Source of the DNA: Eledone cirrhosa
Lineage: Eukaryota
Assembly: GCA_964016885.1 (NCBI GenBank)
Contig: OZ024741.1
Location: 349,866,001 to 349,930,000 of the forward strand
Direction: 5' to 3'
DNA length: 64,000 bases
The notes beneath the pieces are model-generated. The model ran no database searches. It was not told the origin of the DNA and worked only from the letters and a program-made list of their open reading frames with translations. Positions 14,938 through 28,890 of this stretch are shown in pieces; positions within the stretch are counted from its first letter, which is position 1, and the number at the start of each line of letters is the position of its first letter. A program made the translations under genes and the position numbers.

Positions 14938-15682
14938 ATGCCACCCTCTTTCTTCCTAAGAGCGGTGAGGCTAGCCGAAAAAAGAGGCTTCGAGCGTGAG
15001 GGTCCAGGGTGCCATGGATGAGCCCATTGGTGAGCGCCACAATTGCCCTCAGAAGGCGGGGCCCGGCCTCAGCGGAGAGGGGAGATAGGAGCTCCATGAG
15101 GTGGCCTGGTCGGAGACCATCAACACCTCCGCTGCTGCTAGCTGGGAAGGACTTGATGGCGAACATCATGTCTGTATCAGAAGCCACAAGGAGCAAGTGG
15201 GGGTCGGGTGGGTGTATGGGTCTGAGATCAGTGGGTGGCTCAGGGTGCTTAAGTCGCAGGGCAGTCAGGATTCCTCGGTGGGCTGGAGGACAGTGTCCTC
15301 TGACTCTGAGGCAACAACTCTGACTGCGGCCGAGATATCACCCATGATTAATTTAGCATTTACGCAGTCGCGCAAATGCTTAGCGCTAGCCTCAGGGGTG
15401 GAGGATTGGCGGTACCCGAGGGTGGGGAGTGTGGCGTCCCCGGGCACGCTTGGAATGAGCGCTTGCCCAAAGGACGAAACATTGGCCTTGACGAAGGCTG
15501 CTGTCGACCGGCCGCCCCGGTCAGCGCCAGAGCTGGGAAAGCCGAGGGTGAGTGGGGTGAAATAAAAAAGTCGCTCCCAGTCGATGGCTCGATTGGAGTC
15601 CAGGGCGCTCTCAATCGAGGAGGCGAGGGCATCGGCTACCGGTACCCGGGCCGCTCTAGGGATCCTGAGGGGGATCTTCCGG
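14938..15682 (-). pseudogene. Frameshifted fragment of a CRE-like (RLE-type) non-LTR retrotransposon, pre-RT and RT start
   Basis: RIPRAAR; GDISAAVRVVAS; IKSFPASSSGGVDGLRPGHL; GC-rich island. Confidence 0.65.
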
Positions 15683-15684
15683 AA

Positions 15685-16170
15685 AAACAGAGAATGTCTG
15701 TTTGTCTGTCTGTCTGTCTGTACAATCACTAAAACTTGAGAACCACCCAACCGATTGTTTTCAAACTCTACACATGTAATACCTATGGTCCTATTGAGTG
15801 TCCTGAGCAAAAACAAAATTCAAATTTAACACCAAACTCTCCCCCTCGCTATATCTACTACACGAAATTCTCTTCCAATTTCCCTCTCTATATCAATGAA
15901 CACCAAACTCTCCCCCTCTATATATCTACTACACGGAACTCCCCCCCCCCCTCACTATATCAATTAATACCAAACTCTCCCCCTCTCTATATCCACTACA
16001 CAGAACTCTCTTCCAATATCCCTCTCTATATCAATTAACCCCACACGCTCCTCTTCTCTATATCAATTAATACCAAACTCTCCCTCTCTATATATCTACT
16101 ACACGCTACTCTCTTCCAATCCCTCTCTATATCAATTAGCACCACCACCCTCTCTATATCTATATCTATT
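15685..16170 (+). mobile_element. Probable Helitron-like 5' segment followed by a ~70-bp minisatellite
   Basis: (GTCT)n then AACCACCCAACCGATTGTTTTCAAACT; 4-5 diverged CACCAAACTCTCCCCCTCTATAT..CAATTAA units at 15830-16170. Confidence 0.45.
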
Positions 16171-16463
16171 TCTCCTGTCTCTACATAACATGTACATACA
16201 TTGTAGCGCATATATATTTTGGTTGTTTGGGAAGAAAAATATAATTATTGGCGTAGCCATACACCCACCCAGTTCCGCCGCCCCTGCACATACACACACA
16301 CGCTCCATCACCCACTTTTCTAAAAAATAAATCATACTCAAAACACCAGCACTAACAGTTTTCCAAGAGATGTCAACATGAATGGACCTGTTATTTTTAT
16401 CTAAAGATATTTTTTCCAATTTCAATCCACCCGTCCCTTCAATCTATCTTATTTCTTATTCTT

Positions 16464-16499
16464 TCTTCTGATGAAGGACTAGCGTCCGAAACGTCAAGA
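16464..16499 (+). ncRNA. Minimal type I hammerhead (PLE-type); decayed paralogue at 20841-20872
   Basis: TCTT-CTGATGA-A-GGAC tagc GTCC-GAA-ACGT-C^AAGA. Confidence 0.85.
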
Positions 16500-17032
16500 C
16501 CCTCTTCCTGCTATTTCAAGCGTTAACCTAATATATTCCTTCCATATACTGTACCGATTGTGTTGTTATCCTTTTACATACTTATATATATATATATTAC
16601 CAAATATACTATACATACATTCATGTATACATCGCTATTTCAGAGCACCAATCCTAATTTTTAATTTTTGCTGGATCGGCAATCGTTCTGTATAATCAGT
16701 TCCTGATTATTACTGGAATTCTATAAGAATCCAACATCTACAATTTTCGGCAGAGGTCGACGAGTACGTTGCTCTTAGGAACACCAACAGTGTGAAACAG
16801 ATCTGTCAGCTTCTCTCCCTTCCTTTGCTGAAAAAAGAAGTAAGTGACATAGTCACTACTTTAAAATAATAGCGCAAGGTCTTCAAAATGTTTTTAATTA
16901 AACATACAGTATATTACCAAATATACTTGTACTATACATACAGTCATGTATACATCGCTATTTCAGAGCACCAATCCTAATTTTTAATTTTTGCTGCACC
17001 GGCAATCGCTCTGTATAATCAGTTCCTGATTA

Positions 17033-18002
17033 CACTGTGTAACAAAAAAAAATGTTTTCTCTGTTCCTGGCTTGTAATACTTTTTTTGTGTTGCTTAGGT
17101 CCCAAATAAATAAAAAAAGTGTTATTAAACAGTTAAAAGTTTGGGTTTGTAAAAATTCTAAGCTATTCACTAGAATTATTTGTATTTCTGGATTTTACGT
17201 TGTATGTAAGTTCAATTTGCTTATGTTAAATGATTTTTTTATATATGTTTCAGTTTAAATTAAAATTATAAAATAAAGAGTAATACCTAAAGAAAATTAT
17301 AAAAGTGAAATAAAGTATAAAATTGTTAAAAAGTGGATTTTTTGTTGGACCTCAGATAAAGAAGGTGTTTGAGTCTACCGAGTTCTCCAATAAGCTCAAT
17401 AGGATTGAGAGAACAGCATGGAACTGTTTCAAGGCAGTTTTTAAGGGGCTTCTGGGCAACTACAGAGCTGAAAACTACCAGAAACTGGTGCAGGATCTGA
17501 TAAAGGCTTTTGGCGCCATGGGATGCAGGATGTCGCTTAAACTCCATATGCTGGACGCTCACCTGGTAAATTCAAGGACAATATGGGCGCCTACTCAGAA
17601 GAACAAGGCGAACGATTCCACCAAGATGTGAAAGAGATAGTGCGGAGGTACCAGGGCCACTACAACGAAAACATGATGGGGACTATATCTGGGGGCTAGT
17701 GCGGGAATGCGACCTGGACTACAACCGCAAATCCAGGAAATCCAGTCATTTCTGGTGTGTATAAGTTGCTTTATAAGTGTTATTTTTTTTTATATGTTTG
17801 CTTTTGATAAGCTTGTGTAATAAAATAAATATATACTCTGTTGATTTAAAATGTGTTTTTTTCTTGAAAAATACGAAAATTTCGAAATATCAAACTCCTG
17901 ACAACAAACCCAAACTTCTGATTAAATAATAGTGTTTTTTTTAATAATAATGGGATATAACAAACCAGTAAATGACACTTAGAACCGGGGAACAAAAAAT
18001 AT
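17033..18002 (+). mobile_element. Chapaev3-type (CMC superfamily) DNA transposon, internally deleted, right tip missing
   Basis: CACTGTG terminus after TTA; transposase C-terminus GFFVGPQI..MSLKLHMLDAHL / SEEQGERFHQD..RRYQG (17323-17750, frameshifted); imperfect subterminal inverted repeats. Confidence 0.8.
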
Positions 18003-18095
18003 GCTGGATTCTTATAGAATTCCAGTAATAATTATTACTGGAATTCTCTAAGAATCCAGCCTCTATAATTTTCGGCAGAGGTCGGCGAGTACGTT

Positions 18096-18135
18096 GCTCT
18101 GAGGAACACCAACAGTGTGAAAAAGATCTGTCAGC
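18096..18135 (+). ncRNA. Type I hammerhead (family 'G')
   Basis: GCT-CTGAGGA-ACAC caaca GTGT-GAAA-aagatctg-TC^AGC. Confidence 0.7.
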
Positions 18136-18512
18136 TTCTCTCCCTTCCTTTGCTGAAAAAAGAAGTGACATAGTCACTACTTTAAAATAATAGCGCAAGA
18201 TCTTCAAAATGTTTTTAATTAAACATACAGTGTATTACCAAATATACTAAACATACACTCATATATATATATATATATATACATTTAGGATTGTTGGTTC
18301 ACCATTGGATAGAACTGGTCATTCCGTATGGTCAACATCGATGTAATATTAGGGAGTGCACTCGACGTAAAGCAATTCACCCGTCTTCGTTTGTGTTGGT
18401 GGTGCGAGTACGGAGTTAATTATTTTAAAATAACAGGAGGCTGGACTGGTGTAATTCCTTATGAACATATCAATGACCGGGTTCATCATCAGGTATTCGA
18501 AATTTAACAAAG

Positions 18513-19270
<758 letters not shown>

Positions 19271-19319
19271 TGCGTATGAATGTATAAGTAATTTGATATG
19301 AATGCATACTCAAACATAC

Positions 19320-20527
19320 CTTCACTATCTCTCTTTCGACTCTTCCATCCATCTCTGGGAAACTCCCACACCATTAACTGCTCTCACCACTCATTCATAT
19401 CCTCCATCTTCTATAAACCCACTGACACACACACCTACCTCCACTTCACCTCCTCCAACCCTACCCACTCCAAACTCTCTATACCCTACTCCAAATTGCT
19501 CCGTCTTCGTCGGCTCTATAGCCTGGACCATGATTTCGCAGCCCAGTCACAACACATGCCCTTCCGCTTTACCCAGCGTGAATAAGCCCACGCCCACCCT
19601 GATTCAAGCTGCCCTCACCAGCGCCCGTGAAAGTGACCGCACCACGGCCTTCTCACCTCACGACCGCCCCCAACACCTACCTTCTTTTTCCCCCTTACCT
19701 ATCACACCACCAACCTACCTCTCCGGCACCATATCCTACTTTGCTTCTATACCCTCACTTCTGATCCCGTCACTTCTCGTTTCTTTCTCACCCATCACCG
19801 CCTTTAAGCGCGCCCGTAATCTCCACGACATACTAGAGCAAAGTTCAATCCCTTCTTTCCCTAGGAAACCACCTGGTTCCCGTCCCTGTTCTCACCCCTG
19901 CTGTAACATGTGTCCCTTCATTTCCAACCTCACCACTTTCACAAACACCAACGGTTCTTTCCGTATCTGCCACTCCTTCACCCGACCTCCACCACCATTA
20001 TCTATGCCCTCCCGTGTTCCCTTTGCTGGTCGGTATAAATCGGACAAACAGGTCGCCGTCTGGGGGATCGATTCGCAGAACACTTGAAGGACATACGACT
20101 TGGCAGGGATACCTCCGTCACCTGTCACTTCCATTCCCAGGCCACCTCATTATATGTCTCAGTCGTGGGCGTTCTTTTGCATGACGAATCGCCGGCCTCA
20201 CGCATCAGGAATGGGCCTTGGGTGTAGTTTCCTTAGTGGTGCCAACTCCCCTCCACAGTTTCTTTAATCTATATTTACCCTTCCACACATGTGAACGCAC
20301 GTGCTTCTATACTCCAGCCTCGTAACTGCAACCACGTCCGCTGTTACATTCAGTTTCCTACAGCTTCCTACAGCTTCCTCACAGTTGTGTACAAATTAAC
20401 AACAAACATACATACATCTCTACACTTACACTCTCATCTCTGTGCAGGCCAACAACGAAAAGCTACACACACTTACACATATTCTTAAACTTATATACAC
20501 ACACAAGTCCCCACAGCTTCCTACAGA

Positions 20528-20611
<84 letters not shown>

Positions 20612-20940
20612 TGCTCACAAACATGTATACACTTACACATATATACATCTACTTTAAATATAAAAGGATTTTTTTCTTTTCAGCACGATATAGATGACTT
20701 TGATCACAGCCTTTCATAAAATGGTCAACTGAACTTCCTAAACTCCTATCAACAGTTTTCTCAAAGAATTTGTTTTCCTTTCTGCCCCTGCTCACTCTCC
20801 TCTATCTTTTTATTTCTTCCTTGATTTCTTATTCTACATTTTGATGAAGGACTAACGCCCGAAATGTTAAGACTTCACCTACTATGAAACTAATATATAT
20901 CTTCATTGAACTTCATTGTCTGTTGTTTACCGTTTATTTT
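19320..20940 (+). mobile_element. Decayed Neptune-like PLE (RT thumb + GIY-YIG + 3'UTR with HHR relic)
   Basis: FYKPTDTHTYLHFTS..SIPYSKLLRLRR; FKRARNL; PCSHPCCNMCPFI; IGQTGRRLGDRFAEH. Confidence 0.85.
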
Positions 20941-21610
20941 TCACGCACACACAGACACATATATATATATATGTGTGTGTGTGTGTCTGTGCGTGTGTCT
21001 GTGTGCGTATGTTTGTGTGTGTGGATGAGTGTATGTGTGTACATATATGTATATATATATATACATAGATATATATACATATACACCACACCTTCTCATA
21101 TATATATATATACTCTTACATACACGCACACCTATGTATATATATATATACATATATATGCCTATATATATTCATACATATAAATTATATATATGTGTAT
21201 GTGGGTGTTTGCATGTATATATATATATATATATATTTATACATATATATATATTTACATACATACGTATGTATGTATATCACATACATACACACACAAA
21301 AACACGCACCTTAGCGGTAGAGGTGAAAATAAATTACAGGTGTCTAAAAGAACTATTGACAAAGCCCTATAAATCATATACCTGTTTTACACATGAATGA
21401 GTTTTATCCGACCGAAGAAATAGCGTTATATACACCTCTATACCTATATATACACCTCTATACCTACATACATCCACCCGTACACAGATATTCATATGTA
21501 TATTATACATATATATATATAAATTCGGGTGTGCTCGTACACATAACTATTTAATTGCATATATTCACTCGCGTACACATACGTATCTATGTATTCAGAT
21601 GTGTATATGC

Positions 21611-21671
<61 letters not shown>

Positions 21672-21853
21672 GATGTATATATCATATTTTATTGGTATAT
21701 AATGCACAAAAATATATATATATATATTGTTGCGATGTGTATAATTATTTTTATATGAATATTAATATACGTTTATATATATATATATATATATATGTGG
21801 GGGGGGCGTGCGCGTGTGTGCGTGTATCCATAGGTATCCATGTATATCTATAT

Positions 21854-21900
<47 letters not shown>

Positions 21901-22224
21901 TATATTGGATATCAATATCATATGTGGGCATCGAGGGAGATTTTAGAAAATACTTTGTTCGTATAGGAGTGACAGTGTTTTGGTGAAAGAAAATAAAATA
22001 AAATATCAATATGAGATAAATCGAGAAATAATAGAGAGTATGGAAATAGAGATGAGAAGTAGGAGAAAAGGGTTGGGAAGGGTTCGACTACAAGAGACAG
22101 GAGTATTAGATGTCGTTGTACTGACACCAAGGGGGAGGAGGTTGACGGACGGTGTCAGAAATGAAAAAGAAAAAAGAATTGAGAAACTGGACCATAGAGT
22201 TCGAAAAGTGAGCATGTGTGTGTA

Positions 22225-22298
<74 letters not shown>

Positions 22299-22989
22299 AA
22301 AAGAATCAGACCCCGACGGCCTGAGTTCCGGCCGTTTCGACAGCAAGATCCTAACTAAACCAGTAGTATTAGTAGGACGGCAGGGCCCTAGGTGAACATA
22401 TCAAGGGGTACAGTCCATATATGGACATGCAAACAAAACAAAGTTGAAGTATCAAATCATATAGGAAAAGAATCAGGACCCCGACGGCTGAGCTCCGGCC
22501 ATTTCGACAGTTAGATCCGAACAGTTCGAATCTAGCTGTCGAAACGGCGGGGTCTCAGCCGTCGGGGTCCTGATTCTTTTCCTATTACCCACTCTACTAC
22601 CCTAAGTATTGAGTACTCTGTTGTGTTATGGTCCATCTGGTATCTTACCACACCCTCTTTGTTATATGTACAACTTTAAGTAGTGAGTACTCTGGTGCAA
22701 TATGGTCCACCTAGTATTTTACCACACCCTCTTTGTTATATATGTATATATACAGAGGAAAATTCGAAGTTGAAAATGTTAGGGTCCTTTATTAATTGAG
22801 CCGTTATACATATTTCAATGACGATAGATGTCCTGATTTCTTCTGACAGCAAAAGTTGCTTAACAAGTAACATTTCCGAGGCAATTTTAGATGGAAGGGA
22901 GCGGACTAAAAAAATGTGTATGTTTATGCTCTGAGTGTTCGCTCCCCCCGGAAGCGAGCCTCGGAAATGTTACTTTTTAATCAATTTTT

Positions 22990-23040
22990 GCTGTCTGAAG
23001 AAATCACGATATCTGCCGTCATTGAAATATGTATAACGGC
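22990..23040 (+). ncRNA. Type I hammerhead (right arm of fold-back 22752-23080; mutated mirror at 22800-22850)
   Basis: GCTGT-CTGAAGA-AATcACG..CGTcATT-GAAA-tatgta-TA^ACGGC. Confidence 0.78.
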
Positions 23041-23162
23041 TCACTTAATAAAGGACCATCTTCAACTTCGAATTTTCTTCTTTATTCATATACGCCGTCA
23101 TCCTTGTTTTTAGGAAGTAATATGTCGTTCAGTGCTAGAAGTGAATTGCATCTTTGCATACC

Positions 23163-23216
<54 letters not shown>

Positions 23217-23280
23217 ATACATATATATGCCAGCGCGTGTGTGTGTGTGTGTACATACATTTATATATATATGTGTGTGC

Positions 23281-23326
<46 letters not shown>

Positions 23327-23504
23327 TGGTCTGCCTTTCGCGCGTAGGGTCTATACCGTAGTTAGAACTCAATGTAATCCGTTAGTAAGTATTTCAGTGA
23401 GATCCAGTGATTAGTTCCGTTTTTCGCTGAGTCAATCTTTCAGATACAGCGTCTGATATATTACTTATTATTTTATTTAACAATGATAACAAAAGCAAGT
23501 AATT

Positions 23505-23603
23505 GTTTCCGAAGAAGACGGTATGATCGAAACCATATATTATGTCTGATAGTATACACTTCTCTAACTGTTATAGATCAGTCAATATATCTATATGGTC
23601 AAC
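23505..23603 (+). ncRNA. Hammerhead-like motif with very long stem III
   Basis: gttt-CCGAAGA-agac..gatc-GAA-ACCATATA..~50 nt..TATATGGT-C^AAC; enclosed by inverted repeats at 23474-23500 and 23647-23673. Confidence 0.5.
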
Positions 23604-23681
23604 CCTCCGAAACGATCCTAAAACAATGAATGATATATGTAAAATAACTTGCCTTTCTTATCATTGTTAAATAATATATGT

Positions 23682-23763
<82 letters not shown>

Positions 23764-23811
23764 TAAATGTGAAAACTAAAATCCAAATTTTGCTTAAACT
23801 TTAATCTGTTA

Positions 23812-23877
<66 letters not shown>

Positions 23878-24146
23878 GAAATATATGGAGAATAGAAATG
23901 GCTGTGTAGTTGCTATTTAAGGTAACTTAAAATGCAGTGGGAATACGAATAAAGCAAGAGCGGGGGCGGGGGTTCCTCATCAGTTGTCTACTGGAGGTCT
24001 AGGATATTTCTATGCTATATAAATATATATATGTATAGTATATTTGGCAATATACCGTATGTTTAATTAATATTATTTAGAAGACCATACGCTATCGGTT
24101 TAAAGTAGTGACTATGTCACTTCTTTTTGGCGAAAGAAAGGAGAGA

Positions 24147-24188
24147 AACTAACAGTGTGTTTCATGCTGTTTGGCGATCATCAGAGCC
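24147..24188 (-). ncRNA. Type I hammerhead in a diverged family 'G' copy (24040-24250)
   Basis: GGCT-CTGATGA-tcGC caaaca GCat-GAA-ACA cac TGT-T^AGTT. Confidence 0.6.
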
Positions 24189-24869
24189 ACGCACCCCCTG
24201 CCTCCGCCTAAAATTATAGAAGCTGGATTCTTATAGAATCTAAACTATAATAAAGTAAGGAGCGCGGGAATGCGTACGGTTTATAATTTTGTATTCCATT
24301 AGTAAAATAAGTTGGATTACTTTGAATAAATAATGAATGAATATTACATAATTTATCTACTAAATTTCGTGGCTGTTGATTAAATATATTTTGTTTATTT
24401 AAAGATTCACTTCTTTAAAATTTCTGAAATGTCAACACTCCCGGCTGGTCATCGCTTAAATAAATATACTAATTTTCTGTCACTAATTTTCTCCTAATGC
24501 AGTTTATATATAATATCGTCTTTTTTAATGTATCATGGAATACGTTACTGATTAAATACGACAGTGTAATGCAGTCTTCGTTCAATTTCTATGTATTATA
24601 TATTATCAATTACGATTTTATTTGATGTATCATATCTACATGTATATATACCTGCGTATAATATCAATATACACACTACACATGCTAGCAGAAAACCACC
24701 CATTTTTCCTTTCCTTCTTCCTTCTCCAGCCTCACTTTCATATAGATTGCATTTTTGTTTTTAAAATCCAAATTCAATAAACAGACCAGGATTTTTTTAT
24801 TCTGATGATTGAAAGCAAAATCTTTTCCTTTTAAGAAACCACTGGTAAATGGAAGAATTGCCTATTACA

Positions 24870-24936
<67 letters not shown>

Positions 24937-25549
24937 ATATATAGAACAATCTTTCTTTAAATATATTGTTTATTAGTGTTTGTTTTATAACATCTAGTCG
25001 AGAGCTTATTATGATGATTAGCGAGAATTTTAAATATTTCCTTTTTCGCTAACATTTTGAATAACCACCTGGGACCGGGGGTTATTTCCCTTGCCGGAAT
25101 TAGCACGTGATAATTATAGATAGGATTAGCAGCTTATTGCAGCAACATATAATTTATCACTCCCATCCCAGGAAGAACGATAATCCTGTTGAAAAACTGA
25201 ATCCAACGTTCGGTCACCAATGCCAGGAGCTTGCCTTTCAAGTAAGTCGGATATTTGATTTAGGATTCAAAGAAACACTTTGAGCGACTATTCGTTTAAT
25301 TTGTCCAAGTGTACTTTGTCTCAACCTGATTAGTTCTATCGTAGCTCTGATATATATATTGTGTGTTAGTTTAGCCTACCGCAATGTTCGATTTGTCAAG
25401 CTATTTAAACGTATGTTATTACTCTAAGGACCTATCTTATCGAGTACTTTCCTAACTCATCATTTCATATAAGTAGGCCGAATTCACTTGCAAACCGCCA
25501 GAGATTCGATTTTACTGATTTCCAATTATATATATATATATATATATAG

Positions 25550-26072
25550 TAATAATAATAAATTTGAAGACTAAAATCCAAATAGGGCTCGCTAAAGATA
25601 AATATATATCAAATATATAAGAACCGTAGAGCAAATATTTATTAAAATAACAGATTAAAGTTTAAGCAAAGAATCGCTGTTTTCACCCTTAACGGGATCT
25701 TCTGAAACTAAAAAAGTAAATCTGTGAACGCAGAAGTAAATATTTCAAAAAACGTTGCAACCGGAGGAAGACAGGAAGACGATACTTTGGTTCGTGGAAA
25801 CGTTCCCTGGCAAAGAACGAAAAGAAACGAAGATAATACGTCATTATTTGGACCGGTGAAAACAATTACACGCAAAGAGAAAACTACGTTTATGGTATAA
25901 ATGAAGTCGTAGACTAATATTCTATTAGGTGGTTCATGGAGACGTTCTCTGGCAATGAACGAAAAAAAACGAAGATAATACGTCATTATGTGGACCGGGG
26001 AGAACAATTGCACGCAAAGATAAAACCACGTAAATGGTATAACTGAAGTCGTAGACTAAAATTCTAACTAGG
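25550..26072 (-). repeat. pLTR module 'H' with HHR relic (25671-25705) and two ~143-bp tandem units (25790-26072); other copies 23755-23815 and 53085-53395
   Basis: CAGAAGA-tCCC gttaa GGGt-GAAA in both long copies. Confidence 0.65.
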
Positions 26073-26709
26073 AAACCGAATGATTCTCGGCTTCAGAGTA
26101 AATAAAGTAAATAAAATACAGAGGTAATTGAAATTAAATAAATACATACACGCATCCATATACGTACATACACAATCATACGCGAAAAGACTCGCCATAG
26201 GTATACAAATACAAGCACGTACACAAAAAAAAACCGCACGCGCATACAGAACCCACGTAACGCCTGTATCCGCGCACATTCGAACATATACACCAAAATA
26301 CACATAAAAATATATATAAAAAATATATATATATGTGTGTGCGTGTGTGTGTGTGTGTGTATACATATAATTAAATAAACGTATATAAATATATAAATAC
26401 GTATATAACGCGCGCACACACATACCTACATGTAAAAACATATATGTTCGCAGACGTACGTCGACCAAAATACAAAGTACACATATACACACACTCTACA
26501 TACGTACGAACCCGCATACTCACACAGACGCAAAACTCGCGTATACACATAACCAAATACACATGTACCAGAATATCTAATATATACACCATAACCTATA
26601 CAAGCAAATATACGTACGAGAAAGTATACGTACCTTCACAAAACATACAGGTAATATATACTTACCTATACAAATAAGTAATGGTATAAACATAACATAT
26701 ACTTAGCTA

Positions 26710-26909
26710 NNNNNNNNNNNNNNNNNNNNNNNNNNNNNNNNNNNNNNNNNNNNNNNNNNNNNNNNNNNNNNNNNNNNNNNNNNNNNNNNNNNNNNNNNNN
26801 NNNNNNNNNNNNNNNNNNNNNNNNNNNNNNNNNNNNNNNNNNNNNNNNNNNNNNNNNNNNNNNNNNNNNNNNNNNNNNNNNNNNNNNNNNNNNNNNNNNN
26901 NNNNNNNNN
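26710..26909. other. Assembly gap (200 N)
   Basis: Run of n. Confidence 1.
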
Positions 26910-27602
26910 GTGCTGAATGTTGGTGTTGCTTTCTTGTTTATAAATATACTGCGAAGTAAACAGACGCACCTGCGCATATGCTACCGGTGCCTTGAGAAAG
27001 CAACACCAAAATTCAGCACGGAGCATATCAATGAAACGAAATAACAAAAGTAAGCTTTACTCCATCTTTATGTTTTTTCGGTTTTTTCTGCTCAGATTCT
27101 AGCTGTCTGATGAAATCATAGCTGATGCATAACGGTTATCACCGTAATATATATAACTGCGACTATGAATAAACGAAGTTAATTTTAACCTGTTGACTTA
27201 TACGTCTTGATTATATATATATATATATATTTTGCGAAGAAAATCCCTGAAAAAAAGCTCTGCCTTGAAATCCATTAGTTCTGCCTTGTATATTTTAGCG
27301 ATTGGATTTTTTATGAGATTTGAAACAGCTGTATAGGATTAGTTTAGTTATGTTAAGTAATGTGAGTGGTATATTTTTTATATTCTGATTGTTTTTGTAC
27401 CTGTTATATTGTATTACATTATAAAATTATTTTGTTTTCTGTAATATTCTTGTATAAATGAGCTCTTGGATAGGTTTTTTTTCTAATCTTATTCCTATTG
27501 AGCATTTACAGACCAAAGTAATAGAGATGTTTTTATTTCGATTTAATTTCATATATATATGTATATATATATATACAATACAGGCACACACACATATATA
27601 CA

Positions 27603-27659
<57 letters not shown>

Positions 27660-28145
27660 TAAACGGAATAGAAAATGCTGACAAATTGTTCACAGTTGAA
27701 AAATGGTTTAATTAGGAATAAAAGAGTATTAGTGATTGTATGGGTTAGTATTCAGTTGTGGTTTTAAGTTTTTAAGTTTTTACCGGTTGCGCATTTCTAA
27801 ATGCTTTTCAAAAATAATTTTGAGATAAAGTGTCCGTGCTGTTTGCTCTGATCTGATTAGTTTTGGGAATTCTACCTGTTTTTATGTTAAAAAAAGTGGC
27901 TCCAGCGTTATTTTTGTGTTGCAAAAATTCTTGTGGTCGAAACAATTTTGATTGGTCGGTAGAGGTCATGTGAATGTAAAAAGTTGATTTTGCGCCAAGA
28001 CTGTTTTTATGTTAAAAAAGTGGCTCCAGCAAAAATTCTTGGTCAAAACAATTTTGATTGGTCGGTAGAGGTCATGTGAATAAAAAATTGGTTTTGCGCC
28101 AAGATTGAGAAATGACTCTTTCACAACAAATATGTGTGTGTGTGT

Positions 28146-28230
<85 letters not shown>

Positions 28231-28312
28231 TGTGTAGTAGTAGTAGTAGTAGTAAGGTGTTCGATGCTGCGACAATGGCCAGCAGCGATGTGTGTCAAAT
28301 GGCTATTAAGAT

Positions 28313-28374
<62 letters not shown>

Positions 28375-28711
28375 CAGAGTGATTCGTGGTGGCAGGGATG
28401 GTCAGTAAGAATGTGTATTTTAGCATGTCAAAAGATATTTTTCAGCTTTTGTCTTATACGGAGAAGTGCGCGTGTGTGTGTGTGTTTGTATATAAGTCTC
28501 TTTGTATGTTGATGTACGCGTGTGTATGTGTTTGTGTATATATGTGTGTGTGTGTGTGTGTGGGTGGACCAGTATTTTTTTCCCCCTGGTAAGATGGTGT
28601 ACATTATTCGATTTTTTCAGTAAAATCGGTTCTCTTAATAGAACATCAAAAATCTTAACAATAAAAGGTGTGAAATGATATTCACTATATATATATACAC
28701 ATACATATAGT

Positions 28712-28748
<37 letters not shown>

Positions 28749-28890
28749 TACATACATATATATGCACATATATTTCTTTGTATTGCCCCATAGAGCATGT
28801 GTGTTTACGTGTGTCATTGTGTTTATATGTGGGTAGAGATGTGTGCTGATGTAGGTATGTATGTTGACGTGTGTATGTTGTGGGTTCGTC

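Larger units (their letters stand above)
16595..18262 (+). mobile_element. Tandem ~317-bp HHR-bearing repeat (family 'G', retrozyme-like), second unit split by a DNA transposon
   Basis: Unit starts TATTACCAAATATACT at 16595, 16912 and 18233; HHRs at 16771-16810 and 18096-18135; (TA)n on both sides. Confidence 0.7.

Noticed and set aside
24797-24825. CTGATGATTGAAAGC
   Set aside because: No stem II; compatible with chance in AT-rich DNA
26666-27047. ORFs spanning the N run
   Set aside because: Artefacts of the assembly gap
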